Origin: Eledone cirrhosa
Lineage: Eukaryota
Assembly (NCBI GenBank): GCA_964016885.1
Contig: OZ024740.1
Span: 431,892,001-431,956,000 of the forward strand
Direction: 5' to 3'
Length of the DNA stretch: 64,000 bases
A program made the translations under genes and the position numbers. Shown here in pieces: positions 29,590 to 46,093 of the stretch (position 1 is its first letter; every line of letters begins with the position of its first letter). The notes beneath the pieces are model-generated. The model did not search any database, was not told the DNA's origin, and saw nothing but the letters and a program-made list of their open reading frames with translations.

Positions 29590-32500
29590 GGACACCTGAT
29601 AGTACCACAGATATACTAGTTAAAGATGAACATCTGATATACCAATTAAAGATGAACACCAGATATACTAGTTAAAGATGGACACCTGATAGTAGCACAT
29701 ATATACTAGTTAAAGATGAACACCTCATATACTAGTTAAATATGAAAACCTGATAGTACCACAGATATACTAGTTAACGATGAACACCTGATAGTACCAC
29801 AGATATACTAGTTAAAAATGAACACCTGATATTACCACATATACTAGTTAAAGATGAACCCCAGATATACTAGTTAAAGATGGACACCTGATAGTACCAC
29901 AGATATACTAGTTAAAGATAAACACCTGATAGTACGACAGATATACTAGTTAAAGATAAACACCTGATAGTCCCACAGATATACTAGTTAAATATGAAAG
30001 CCTGATAGTACCACAGATATACTAGTTAAAGATGAACACCTGATAGTACCACATATACTAGTTAAAGATAAACACCTGATAGTACCACAGATATACTAGT
30101 TAAAGATGAACACCTGATAGTACCAAAGATATACTAGTTAAAGATGAACCCCAGATATACTAGTTAAAGATGGACACCTGATAGTAGCACAGATATACTA
30201 GTTAATGATGAACACCTGATATTACCACATATACTAGTTAAACAAACACCTGATAGTACCACAGATATACTAGTTAAAGATGAACACCTCATATACTAGT
30301 TAAAGATAAACACCAGATAGTACCACAGATATACTAGTTAAAGATAAACACCTCATATCCTAGTTAAAGATGAACGCCTGATAGTACCACAAATATACTA
30401 GTTAAAGATAAACACGTGATAGTACCACAGATATACTAGTTAAAGATGAATGCCTGATAGTACCACAAATATACTAGTTAAAGATAAACACGTGATAGTA
30501 CCACAGATATACTAGTTAAAGATGAATGCCTGATAGTACCACAGATTTACTAGTTAAAGATGAACACCTATCCTAGTTAAAGATGAACGCCTGATAGTAC
30601 CACAGATATACTAGTTAAAGATGAACACCTGATAGTACAACAGATATACTAGTTAAAGATAAACACCTGATAGTAGCACATATATACTAGTTAAAGATGA
30701 ACACCTCATATACTAGTTAAATATGAAAACCTGATAGTACCACAAATGTACTAGTTAAAAATGAACACCGGATATTACCACAGATATACTAGTTAAAGAT
30801 GTACCACAGATATACTAGTTAAAGATGAACACCTGACAGTACCACAGATATACTAGTTAAAGATGAACACCTGATATACTAGTTAAAGATGAACACCTGA
30901 TAGGACCACAGATATACTGGTTAAAGATGAACACCTGATGGTACGACAGATATACTAGTTAAAGATAAAAACCTGATAGTGCCACAGATACACTAGTTAA
31001 AGATAAACACGTGATAGCACCAGAGACATACTAGTTAAAGATAAACACCTGATAGTAGCACAGATATACTAGTTAAAGATGAACATCTGATAGTACGACA
31101 GATATACTAGTTAAAGATAAACACCTGATAGTACGACAGATATACTAGTTAAAGATAAACACCTGATAGTCCCACAGATATACTAGTTAAAGATGAAAAC
31201 CTGATAGTACCACAGATATACTAGTTAAAGATGAACACCTGATAGTACCACATATACTAGTTAAAGATAAACACCTGATAGTACCACAGATATACTAGTT
31301 AAAAATAAACACCTGATAGTACGACTGATATACTAGTTAAAGATAAACACCTGATAGTACCACATATACTAGTTAAAGATAAACACCTGATAGTACCACA
31401 GATATACTAGTTAAAAATAAACACCTGATAGTACGACTGATATACTAGTTAAAGATAAACACCTGATAGTACCACAGATATACTAGTTAAAGATGAACAC
31501 CTGATAGTACCACAGATATACTAGTTAAAAATGAACACCTGATATTACCACAGATATACTAGTTAAAGATGAACCCCAGATATACTAGTTAAAGATGGAC
31601 ACCTGATAGTACCACAGATATACTAGTTAAAGATGAACAGCTGATAGTACGACAGATATACTAGTTAAAGATAAACACCTGATAGTACCACAGATATACT
31701 AGTTAAAGATGAACACCTGATAGTACCACAGATATACTAGTTAAAAATGAACACCTGATAGTACCACAGATATACTAGTTAAAAATGAACACCTGATATT
31801 ACCACAGATATACTAGTTAAAGATGAACCCCAGATATACTAGTTAAAGATAGACACCTGATAGTACCACAGATATACTAGTTAAAGATGAACATCTGATA
31901 TACCAATTAAAGATGAACACCAGATATACTAGTTAAAGATGGACACCTGATAGTAGCACATATATACTAGTTAAAGATGAACACCTCATATACTAGTTAA
32001 ATATGAAAACCTGATAGTACCACAGATATACTAGTTAACGATGAACACCTGATAGTACCACAGATATACTAGTTAAAAATGAACACCTGATATTACCACA
32101 TATACTAGTTAAAGATGAACCCCAGATATACTAGTTAAAGATGGACACCTGATAGTACCACAGATATACTAGTTAAAGATAAACACCTGATAGTACGACA
32201 GATATACTAGTTAAAGATAAACACCTGATAGTCCCACAGATATACTAGTCAAATATGAAAGCCTGATAGTACCACAGATATACTAGTTAAAGATGAACAC
32301 CTGATAGTACCACATATACTAGTTAAAGATAAACACCTGATAGTACCACAGATATACTAGTAAAGATGAACACCTGATAGTACCAAAGATATACTAGTTA
32401 AAGATGAACCCCAGATATACTAGTTAAAGATGGACACCTGATAATAGCACAGATATACTAGTTAATGATGAACACCTGATATTACCACATATACTAGTTA

Positions 32501-34200
32501 AACAAACACCTGATAGTACCACAGATATACTAGTTAAAGATGAACACCTCATATACTAGTTAAAGATAAACACCAGATAGTACCACAGATATACTAGTTA
32601 AAGATAAACACCTCATATCCTAGTTAAAGATGAACGCCTGATAGTACCACAAATATACTAGTTAAAGATAAACACGTGATAGTACCACAGATATACTAGT
32701 TAAAGATGAATGCCTGATAGTACCACAAATATACTAGTTAAAGATAAACACGTGATAGTACCACAGATATACTAGTTAAAGATGAATGCCTGATAGTACC
32801 ATAGATTTACTAGTTAAAGATGAACACCTATCCTAGTTAAAGATGAACGCCTGATAGTACCACAGATATACTAGTTAAAGATGAACACCTGATAGTACAA
32901 CAGATATACTAGTTAAAGATAAACACCTGATAGTACCACAGATATACTAGTTAAAGATAAACACGTGATAGTACCAGAGATATACTAGTTAAAGATGGAC
33001 ACCTGATAGTAGCACATATATACTAGTTAAAGATGAACACCTCATATACTAGTTAAATATGAAAACCTGATAGTACCACAAATATACTAGTTAAAAATGA
33101 ACACCGGATATTACCACAGATATACTAGTTAAAGATGTACCACAGATATACTAGTTAAAGATGAACACCTGACAGTACCACAGATATACTAGTTAAAGAT
33201 GAACACCTGATATACTAGTTAAAGATGAACACCTGATAGTACCACAGATATACTGGTTAAAGATGAACACCTGATGGTACGACAGATATACTAGTTAAAG
33301 ATAAAAACCTGATAGTGCCACAGATACACTAGTTAAAGATAAACACGTGATAGCACCAGAGACATACTAGTTAAAGATAAACACCTGATAGTAGCACAGA
33401 TATACTAGTTAAAGATGAACATCTGATAGTACGACAGATATACTAGTTAAAGATAAACACCTGATAGTACGACAGATATACTAGTTAAAGATAAACACCT
33501 GATAGTCCCACAGATATACTAGTTAAAGATGAAAACCTGATAGTACCACAGATATACTAGTTAAAGATGAACACCTGATAGTACCACATATACTAGTTAA
33601 AGATAAACACCTGATAGTACCACAGATTTACTAGTTAAAAATAAACACCTGATAGTACGACTGATATACTAGTTAAAGATAAACACCTGATAGTACCACA
33701 TATACTAGTTAAAGATAAACACCTGATAGTACCACAGATATACTAGTTAAAAATAAACACCTGATAGTACGACTGATATACTAGTTAAAGATAAACACCT
33801 GATAGTACCACAGATATACTAGTTAAAGATGAACACCTGATAGTACCACAGATATACTAGTTAAAAATGAACACCTGATATTACCACAGATATACTAGTT
33901 AAAGATGAACCCCAGATATACTAGTTAAAGATGGACACCTGATAGTACCACAGATATACTAGTTAAAGATGAACAGCTGATAGTACGACAGATATACTAG
34001 TTAAAGATAAACACCTGATAGTACCACAGATATACTAGTTAAAGATGAACACCTGATAGTACCACAGATATACTAGTTAAAAATGAACACCTGATAGTAC
34101 CACAGATATACTAGTTAAAAATGAACACCTGATATTACCACAGATATACTAGTTAAAGATGAACCCCAGATATACTAGTTAAAGATGGACACCTGATAGT
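29590..34200. repeat. Tandem duplication, period ~2.26-2.34 kb
   Basis: ACCAATTAAA at 29641/31902 and TAGTTAACG at 29771/32032 give 2261. AACAAACACC at 30241/32501 gives 2260, after a 1-bp deletion near 32361. GCCACAGATACAC at 30981/33317 and AGATGAACAG at 31631/33967 give 2336 (two more monomers). Confidence 0.9.
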
Positions 34201-37200
34201 ACCACAGATATACTAGTTAAAGATGAACACCTGATAGTACCACATATATACTAGTTAAAGATAAACACCTGATAGTCCCACAGATATACTAGTTAAATAT
34301 GAAAACCTGATAGTACCACAGATATACTAGTTAAAGATGAACACCTGATAGTACCACATATACTAGTTAAAGATAAACACCTGATAGTACCACAGATATA
34401 CTAGTTAAAGATGAACGCCTGATAGTACCACAGATATACTAGTTAAAGATGAACACCTGATAGTACGACAGATATACTAGTTAAAGATGAACCCCAGATA
34501 TACTAGTTAAAGATGGACACCTGATAGTAGCACAGATATACTAGTTAAAGATGAACACCTGATAGTACGACAGATATACTAGTTAAAGATAAACACCTGA
34601 TAGTACGACAGATATACTAGTTAAAGATAAACACCTGATAGTCCCAGATATACTAGTTAAATATCAAAACCTGATAGTACCACAGATATACTAGTTAAAG
34701 ATGAACACCTCATATACTAGTTAAAGATAAACACCTGATAGTACCACAGATATACTAGTTAATGATGAACACCTGATAGTACCACAGATATACTAGTTAA
34801 AGATAAACACCTCATATACTAGTTAAAGATGAACACCTGACAGTACCACAGATATACTAGTTAAAGATGAACACCTGATAGGACCACAGATATACTGGTT
34901 AAAGATAAACACCTGATAGTATGACAGATATACTAGTTAAAGATAAACACCTGATAGTACCACAGATATACTAGTTAAAGATAAACACCTGATAGTACGA
35001 CAGATATACTAGTTAAAGATAAACACCTGATAGTCCCACAGATATACTAGTTAAAGATGAACACCTCATATACTAGTTAAAGATAAACACCTGATAGTAC
35101 CACATATACTAGTTAAAGATAAACACCTGATAGTACCACAGATATACTAGTTAAAGATGAAAACCTGATAGTACCACAGATATACTAGTTAAAGATAAAC
35201 ACCTGATAGTACGACAGATATACTAGTTAAAGATAAACACCTGATAGTACCACATATACTAGTTAAAAATGAACACCTGATATTACCACAGATATACTAG
35301 TTAAAGATGAACCCCAGATATACTAGTTAAAGATGGACACCAGATATACTAGTTAAAGATGGACACCTGATAGTACCACAGATATACTAGTTAAAGATAA
35401 ACACCTGATAGTACCACATATACTAGTTAAAGATGGACACCTGATAGTACCACGGATATACTAGTTAAAGATGAACCCCAGATATACTAGTTAAAGATGG
35501 ACACCTGATAGTAGCACATATATACTAGTTAAAGATGAACACCTCATATACTAGTTAAATATGAAAACCTGATAGTACCACAGATATACTAGTTAAAGAT
35601 GAACACCTGATAGTACCACAGATATACTACTTAAAGATGAACGCCTGATAGTACCACAGATATACTAGTTAAAGATGAACACCTGATGGTACGACAGATA
35701 TACTAGTTAAATATGAAAACCTGATAGTACCACATATACTAGTTAAAGATAAACACCTGATAGTACCACAGATATACTAGTTAAAGATGAACGCTTGATA
35801 GTACCACAGATATACTAGTTAAAGATGAACACCTGATAGTACGACAGATATACTATTTAAAGATGAACCCCAGATATACTAGTTAAAGATGGACACCTGA
35901 TAGTAGCACAGATATACTAGTTAAAGATGAACACCTGATAGTACCACATATATACTAGTTAAAGATGAACACCTCATATACTAATTAAAGATAAACACCT
36001 GATAGTACCACAGATATACTAGTTAAAGATGAACGCCTGATAGTATCACAGATCTACTAGTTAAAGATGAACACCTGATAGTACCACAGATATACTAGTT
36101 AAAGATAAACACCTGATAATACCATAGATATACTAGTTAAAGATGAACACCTGATAGTACCACAGATATACTAGTTAAAGATAAACACGTGATAGTACCA
36201 GAGATATACTAGTTAAAGATGGACACCTGATAGTAGCACATATATACTAGTTAAAGATGAACACCTGACAGTACCACAGATATACTAGTTAAAGATGAAC
36301 ACCTGATAGGACCACAGATATACTGGTTAAAGATAAACACCTGATGTTACGACAGATATACTAGTTAAAGATAAACACCTGATAGTACCACAGATATACT
36401 AGTTAAAGATAAACACGTGATAGCACCAGAGATATACTAGTTAAAGATAAACACCTGATAGTAGCACAGATATACTAGTTAAAGATGAAAACCTGATAGT
36501 ACCACAGATATACTAGTTAAAGATAAACACCTGATAGTACGACAGATATACTAGTTAAAGATAAACACCTGATAGTACCACAGATATACTAGTTAAATAT
36601 GAAAACCTGATAGTACCACAGATTTACTAGTTAAAGATGAACACCTCATATACTAGTTGAAGATAAACACCTGATAGTACCACAGATATACTAGTTAAAG
36701 ATGAAAACCTGATAGTACGACAGATATACTAGTTAAAGATAAACACCTGATAGTACGACAGATATACTAGTAAAAGATAAACACCTGATAGTCCCACAGA
36801 TATACTAGTTAAATATGAAAACCTGATAGTACCACAGATTTACTAGTTAAAGATGAACACCTCATATACTAGTTAAAGATAAACACCTGATAGTACCACA
36901 GATATACTAGTTAATGATGAACACCTGATAGTACCACAGATATACTAGTTAAAGATAAACACCTGATAGTACCACACATATACTAGTTAAAGATGAACAC
37001 CTGATAGTACCACATATATACTAGTTAAAGATAAACACCTGATAGTACCACAGATATACTAGTTATAGATGAACGCCTGATAGTACCACAGATATACTAG
37101 TTAAAGATGAACACCTGATAGTACCACAGATATACTAGTTAAAGATGAACTCCAGATATACTAGTTAAAGATGGACACCTAATAGTAGCACAGATATACT

Positions 37201-40200
37201 AGTTAAAGATGAACACCTGATAGTACGACAGATATACTAGTTAAAGATAAACACCTGATAGTCCCACAGATATACTAGTTAAAGATGAACACCTCATATA
37301 CTAGTTAAAGATAAACACCTGATAGTACCACAGATATACTAGTTAATGATGAACACCTGATAGTACCACAGATATACTAGTTAAATATAAACACATGATA
37401 GTACCACAGATATACTAGTTAAAGATGAACACCTGATAGTACCACAAATATACTAGTTAAAGATAAACACATGATAGTACCACAGATATACTAGTTAAAG
37501 ATGAATGCCTGATAGTACCACAGATTTACTAGTTAAAGATGAACACCTCATATCCTAGTTAAAGATGAACATCTGATAGTACCACAGATATACTAGTTAA
37601 AGATGAACACCTGATAGTAATCACAGATATACTAGTTAAAGATGAACACCTGATACTACCACAGAGATACTAGTTAAAGATAAACGCCTGATAGTACCAC
37701 AGATATAGAAGTTAAAGATGAACACCTGATAGTACCACAAATATACTTGTTAAAAATGAACACCTGATAGTACCACAGATATACTAGTTAAAGATGAACA
37801 CCAGATAAACTAGTTAAAGATGAACACCTGATAATACCACAGATATACTAGATAAAGATGAACGCCTGATAGTATCACAGATATACTAGTTAAAGATGAA
37901 CACCCGATAGTACCAGAGATATACTAGTTAAAGATAAACACCTGATAGTACCATAGATATACTAGTTAAAGATGAACACCTGATAGTACCACAGATATAC
38001 TAGTTAAAGATAAACACCTGATAGTACCACACATATACTAGTTAAAGATAAACACCTGATACTACCACAGATATACTAGTTAAAGATAAACATGTGATAG
38101 TACCAGAGATATACTAGTTAAAGATGGACACCTGATAGTAGCACATATATACTAGTTAAAGATGAACGCCTGATAGTATCACAGATATACTAGTGAAAGA
38201 TGAACACCCGATAGTACCAGAGATATACTAGTTAAAGATAAACACCTGATAGTACCATAGATATACTAGTTAAAGATGAACACCTGATAGTACCACAGAT
38301 ATACTAGTTAAAGATAAACACCTGATAGTACCACACATATACTAGTTAAAGATAAACACCTGATACTACCACAGATATACTAGTTAAAGATAAACACGTG
38401 ATAGTACCAGAGATATACTAGTTAAAGATGGACACCTGATAGTAGCACATATATACTAGTTAAAGATGAACACCTGACAGTACCACAGATATACTAGTTA
38501 AAGATGAACACCTGATAGGACCACAGATATACTGGTTAAAGATAAACACCTGATAGTACGACAGATATACTAGTTAAAGATAAACACCTGATAGTACCAC
38601 AGATATACTAGTTAAAGATAAACACCTGATAGTACGACAGATATACTAGTTAAAGATAAACACCTGATAGTCCCACAGATATACTAGTTAAAGATGAACA
38701 CCTCATATACTAGTTAAAGATAAACACCTGATAGTACCACATATACTAGTTAAAGATAAACACCTGATAGTACCACAGATATACTAGTTAAAGATGAAAA
38801 CCTGATAGTACCACAGATATACTAGTTAAAGATAAACACCTGATAGTACGACAGATATACTAGTTAAAGATAAACACCTGATAGTACCACATATACTAGT
38901 TAAAAATGAACACCTGATATTACCACAGATATACTAGTTAAAGATGAACCCCAGATATACTAGTTAAAGATGGACACCAGATATACTAGTTAAAGATGGA
39001 CACCTGATAGTACCACAGATATACTAGTTAAAGATAAACACCTGATAGTACCACATATACTAGTTAAAGATGGACACCTGATAGTACCACGGATATACTA
39101 GTTAAAGATGAACCCCAGATATACTAGTTAAAGATGGACACCTGATAGTAGCACATATATACTAGTTAAAGATGAACACCTCATATACTAGTTAAATATG
39201 AAAACCTGATAGTACCACAAATATACTAGTTAAAGATGAACACCTGATAGTACCACAGATATACTAGTTAAAGATGAACGCCTGATAGTACCACAGATAT
39301 ACTAGTTAAAGATGAACACCTCATATACTAGTTAAAGATAAACACCAGATAGTACCACAGATATACTAGTTAAAGATAAACACCTCATATCCTAGTTAAA
39401 GATGAACGCCTGATAGTACCACAAATATACTAGTTAAAGATAAACACGTGATAGTACCACAGATATACTAGTTAAAGATGAATGCCTGATAGTACCACAA
39501 ATATACTAGTTAAAGATAAACACGTGATAGTACCACAGATATACTAGTTAAAGATGAATGCCTGATAGTACCATAGATTTACTAGTTAAAGATGAACACC
39601 TATCCTAGTTAAAGATGAACGCCTGATAGTACCACAGATATACTAGTTAAAGATGAACACCTGATAGTACAACAGATATACTAGTTAAAGATAAACACCT
39701 GATAGTACCACAGATATACTAGTTAAAGATAAACACGTGATAGTACCAGAGATATACTAGTTAAAGATGGACACCTGATAGTAGCACATATATACTAGTT
39801 AAAGATGAACACCTCATATACTAGTTAAATATGAAAACCTGATAGTACCACAAATATACTAGTTAAAAATGAACACCGGATATTACCACAGATATACTAG
39901 TTAAAGATGTACCACAGATATACTAGTTAAAGATGAACACCTGACAGTACCACAGATATACTAGTTAAAGATGAACACCTGATATACTAGTTAAAGATGA
40001 ACACCTGATAGTACCACAGATATACTGGTTAAAGATGAACACCTGATGGTACGACAGATATACTAGTTAAAGATAAAAACCTGATAGTGCCACAGATACA
40101 CTAGTTAAAGATAAACACGTGATAGCACCAGAGACATACTAGTTAAAGATAAACACCTGATAGTAGCACAGATATACTAGTTAAAGATGAACATCTGATA

Positions 40201-43200
40201 GTACGACAGATATACTAGTTAAAGATAAACACCTGATAGTACGACAGATATACTAGTTAAAGATAAACACCTGATAGTCCCACAGATATACTAGTTAAAG
40301 ATGAAAACCTGATAGTACCACAGATATACTAGTTAAAGATGAACACCTGATAGTACCACATATACTAGTTAAAGATAAACACCTGATAGTACCACAGATT
40401 TACTAGTTAAAAATAAACACCTGATAGTACGACTGATATACTAGTTAAAGATAAACACCTGATAGTACCACATATACTAGTTAAAGATAAACACCTGATA
40501 GTACCACAGATATACTAGTTAAAAATAAACACCTGATAGTACGACTGATATACTAGTTAAAGATAAACACCTGATAGTACCACAGATATACTAGTTAAAG
40601 ATGAACACCTGATAGTACCACAGATATACTAGTTAAAAATGAACACCTGATATTACCACAGATATACTAGTTAAAGATGAACCCCAGATATACTAGTTAA
40701 AGATGGACACCTGATAGTACCACAGATATACTAGTTAAAGATGAACAGCTGATAGTACGACAGATATACTAGTTAAAGATAAACACCTGATAGTACCACA
40801 GATATACTAGTTAAAGATGAACACCTGATAGTACCACAGATATACTAGTTAAAAATGAACACCTGATAGTACCACAGATATACTAGTTAAAAATGAACAC
40901 CTGATATTACCACAGATATACTAGTTAAAGATGAACCCCAGATATACTAGTTAAAGATGGACACCTGATAGTACCACAGATATACTAGTTAAAGATGAAC
41001 ACCTGATAGTACCACATATATACTAGTTAAAGATAAACACCTGATAGTCCCACAGATATACTAGTTAAATATGAAAACCTGATAGTACCACAGATATACT
41101 AGTTAAAGATGAACACCTGATAGTACCACATATACTAGTTAAAGATAAACACCTGATAGTACCACAGATATACTAGTTAAAGATGAACGCCTGATAGTAC
41201 CACAGATATACTAGTTAAAGATGAACACCTGATAGTACGACAGATATACTAGTTAAAGATGAACCCCAGATATACTAGTTAAAGATGGACACCTGATAGT
41301 AGCACAGATATACTAGTTAAAGATGAACACCTGATAGTACGACAGATATACTAGTTAAAGATAAACACCTGATAGTACGACAGATATACTAGTTAAAGAT
41401 AAACACCTGATAGTCCCAGATATACTAGTTAAATATCAAAACCTGATAGTACCACAGATATACTAGTTAAAGATGAACACCTCATATACTAGTTAAAGAT
41501 AAACACCTGATAGTACCACAGATATACTAGTTAATGATGAACACCTGATAGTACCACAGATATACTAGTTAAAGATAAACACCTCATATACTAGTTAAAG
41601 ATGAACACCTGACAGTACCACAGATATACTAGTTAAAGATGAACACCTGATAGGACCACAGATATACTGGTTAAAGATAAACACCTGATAGTATGACAGA
41701 TATACTAGTTAAAGATAAACACCTGATAGTACCACAGATATACTAGTTAAAGATAAACACCTGATAGTACGACAGATATACTAGTTAAAGATAAACACCT
41801 GATAGTCCCACAGATATACTAGTTAAAGATGAACACCTCATATACTAGTTAAAGATAAACACCTGATAGTACCACATATACTAGTTAAAGATAAACACCT
41901 GATAGTACCACAGATATACTAGTTAAAGATGAAAACCTGATAGTACCACAGATATACTAGTTAAAGATAAACACCTGATAGTACGACAGATATACTAGTT
42001 AAAGATAAACACCTGATAGTACCACATATACTAGTTAAAAATGAACACCTGATATTACCACAGATATACTAGTTAAAGATGAACCCCAGATATACTAGTT
42101 AAAGATGGACACCAGATATACTAGTTAAAGATGGACACCTGATAGTACCACAGATATACTAGTTAAAGATAAACACCTGATAGTACCACATATACTAGTT
42201 AAAGATGGACACCTGATAGTACCACGGATATACTAGTTAAAGATGAACCCCAGATATACTAGTTAAAGATGGACACCTGATAGTAGCACATATATACTAG
42301 TTAAAGATGAACACCTCATATACTAGTTAAATATGAAAACCTGATAGTACCACAGATATACTAGTTAAAGATGAACACCTGATAGTACCACAGATATACT
42401 ACTTAAAGATGAACGCCTGATAGTACCACAGATATACTAGTTAAAGATGAACACCTGATGGTACGACAGATATACTAGTTAAATATGAAAACCTGATAGT
42501 ACCACATATACTAGTTAAAGATAAACACCTGATAGTACCACAGATATACTAGTTAAAGATGAACGCTTGATAGTACCACAGATATACTAGTTAAAGATGA
42601 ACACCTGATAGTACGACAGATATACTATTTAAAGATGAACCCCAGATATACTAGTTAAAGATGGACACCTGATAGTAGCACAGATATACTAGTTAAAGAT
42701 GAACACCTGATAGTACCACATATATACTAGTTAAAGATGAACACCTCATATACTAATTAAAGATAAACACCTGATAGTACCACAGATATACTAGTTAAAG
42801 ATGAACGCCTGATAGTATCACAGATCTACTAGTTAAAGATGAACACCTGATAGTACCACAGATATACTAGTTAAAGATAAACACCTGATAATACCATAGA
42901 TATACTAGTTAAAGATGAACACCTGATAGTACCACAGATATACTAGTTAAAGATAAACACGTGATAGTACCAGAGATATACTAGTTAAAGATGGACACCT
43001 GATAGTAGCACATATATACTAGTTAAAGATGAACACCTGACAGTACCACAGATATACTAGTTAAAGATGAACACCTGATAGGACCACAGATATACTGGTT
43101 AAAGATAAACACCTGATGTTACGACAGATATACTAGTTAAAGATAAACACCTGATAGTACCACAGATATACTAGTTAAAGATAAACACGTGATAGCACCA

Positions 43201-46093
43201 GAGATATACTAGTTAAAGATAAACACCTGATAGTAGCACAGATATACTAGTTAAAGATGAAAACCTGATAGTACCACAGATATACTAGTTAAAGATAAAC
43301 ACCTGATAGTACGACAGATATACTAGTTAAAGATAAACACCTGATAGTACCACAGATATACTAGTTAAATATGAAAACCTGATAGTACCACAGATTTACT
43401 AGTTAAAGATGAACACCTCATATACTAGTTGAAGATAAACACCTGATAGTACCACAGATATACTAGTTAAAGATGAAAACCTGATAGTACGACAGATATA
43501 CTAGTTAAAGATAAACACCTGATAGTACGACAGATATACTAGTAAAAGATAAACACCTGATAGTCCCACAGATATACTAGTTAAATATGAAAACCTGATA
43601 GTACCACAGATTTACTAGTTAAAGATGAACACCTCATATACTAGTTAAAGATAAACACCTGATAGTACCACAGATATACTAGTTAATGATGAACACCTGA
43701 TAGTACCACAGATATACTAGTTAAAGATAAACACCTGATAGTACCACACATATACTAGTTAAAGATGAACACCTGATAGTACCACATATATACTAGTTAA
43801 AGATAAACACCTGATAGTACCACAGATATACTAGTTATAGATGAACGCCTGATAGTACCACAGATATACTAGTTAAAGATGAACACCTGATAGTACCACA
43901 GATATACTAGTTAAAGATGAACTCCAGATATACTAGTTAAAGATGGACACCTAATAGTAGCACAGATATACTAGTTAAAGATGAACACCTGATAGTACGA
44001 CAGATATACTAGTTAAAGATAAACACCTGATAGTCCCACAGATATACTAGTTAAAGATGAACACCTCATATACTAGTTAAAGATAAACACCTGATAGTAC
44101 CACAGATATACTAGTTAATGATGAACACCTGATAGTACCACAGATATACTAGTTAAATATAAACACATGATAGTACCACAGATATACTAGTTAAAGATGA
44201 ACACCTGATAGTACCACAAATATACTAGTTAAAGATAAACACATGATAGTACCACAGATATACTAGTTAAAGATGAATGCCTGATAGTACCACAGATTTA
44301 CTAGTTAAAGATGAACACCTCATATCCTAGTTAAAGATGAACATCTGATAGTACCACAGATATACTAGTTAAAGATGAACACCTGATAGTAATCACAGAT
44401 ATACTAGTTAAAGATGAACACCTGATACTACCACAGAGATACTAGTTAAAGATAAACGCCTGATAGTACCACAGATATAGAAGTTAAAGATGAACACCTG
44501 ATAGTACCACAAATATACTTGTTAAAAATGAACACCTGATAGTACCACAGATATACTAGTTAAAGATGAACACCAGATAAACTAGTTAAAGATGAACACC
44601 TGATAATACCACAGATATACTAGATAAAGATGAACGCCTGATAGTATCACAGATATACTAGTTAAAGATGAACACCCGATAGTACCAGAGATATACTAGT
44701 TAAAGATAAACACCTGATAGTACCATAGATATACTAGTTAAAGATGAACACCTGATAGTACCACAGATATACTAGTTAAAGATAAACACCTGATAGTACC
44801 ACACATATACTAGTTAAAGATAAACACCTGATACTACCACAGATATACTAGTTAAAGATAAACATGTGATAGTACCAGAGATATACTAGTTAAAGATGGA
44901 CACCTGATAGTAGCACATATATACTAGTTAAAGATGAACGCCTGATAGTATCACAGATATACTAGTGAAAGATGAACACCCGATAGTACCAGAGATATAC
45001 TAGTTAAAGATAAACACCTGATAGTACCATAGATATACTAGTTAAAGATGAACACCTGATAGTACCACAGATATACTAGTTAAAGATAAACACCTGATAG
45101 TACCACACATATACTAGTTAAAGATAAACACCTGATACTACCACAGATATACTAGTTAAAGATAAACACGTGATAGTACCAGAGATATACTAGTTAAAGA
45201 TGGACACCTGATAGTAGCACATATATACTAGTTAAAGATGAACACCTGACAGTACCACAGATATACTAGTTAAAGATGAACACCTGATAGGACCACAGAT
45301 ATACTGGTTAAAGATAAACACCTGATAGTACGACAGATATACTAGTTAAAGATAAACACCTGATAGTACCACAGATATACTAGTTAAAGATAAACACCTG
45401 ATAGTACGACAGATATACTAGTTAAAGATAAACACCTGATAGTCCCACAGATATACTAGTTAAAGATGAACACCTCATATACTAGTTAAAGATAAACACC
45501 TGATAGTACCACATATACTAGTTAAAGATAAACACCTGATAGTACCACAGATATACTAGTTAAAGATGAAAACCTGATAGTACCACAGATATACTAGTTA
45601 AAGATAAACACCTGATAGTACGACAGATATACTAGTTAAAGATAAACACCTGATAGTACCACATATACTAGTTAAAAATGAACACCTGATATTACCACAG
45701 ATATACTAGTTAAAGATGAACCCCAGATATACTAGTTAAAGATGGACACCAGATATACTAGTTAAAGATGGACACCTGATAGTACCACAGATATACTAGT
45801 TAAAGATAAACACCTGATAGTACCACATATACTAGTTAAAGATGGACACCTGATAGTACCACGGATATACTAGTTAAAGATGAACCCCAGATATACTAGT
45901 TAAAGATGGACACCTGATAGTAGCACATATATACTAGTTAAAGATGAACACCTCATATACTAGTTAAATATGAAAACCTGATAGTACCACAAATATACTA
46001 GTTAAAGATGAACACCTGATAGTACCACAGATATACTAGTTAAAGATGAACGCCTGATAGTACCACAGATATACTAGTTAAAGATGAACACCT
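32509..46093. repeat. Apparently near-perfect 6,772-bp tandem duplication (32509-39280 / 39281-46052, identity running on to ~46093)
   Basis: Five private markers share the same offset of 6772: ATAGATTTAC 32801/39573, GATCTACTAG 36051/42823, TACTAGTTGA 36651/43423, AGTTATAGAT 37061/43833 and AGATATAGAA 37701/44473. Confidence 0.95.
37860..38465. repeat. Tandem duplication of an 8-mer (304 bp = 8x38); copied again at ~44632-45237
   Basis: The rare CACCCG is at 37901 and 38205 (offset 304). Each is followed by the same order of CCATAG, CCACACATATAC, GATACTACC and GGACACC variants. Confidence 0.88.

Noticed and set aside
32355-32370. Singleton variants such as the 1-bp deletion CTAGTAAAG, or CCTCTTAT near 353
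   Set aside because: They are seen once only and cannot be distinguished from sequencing or consensus errors without reads.
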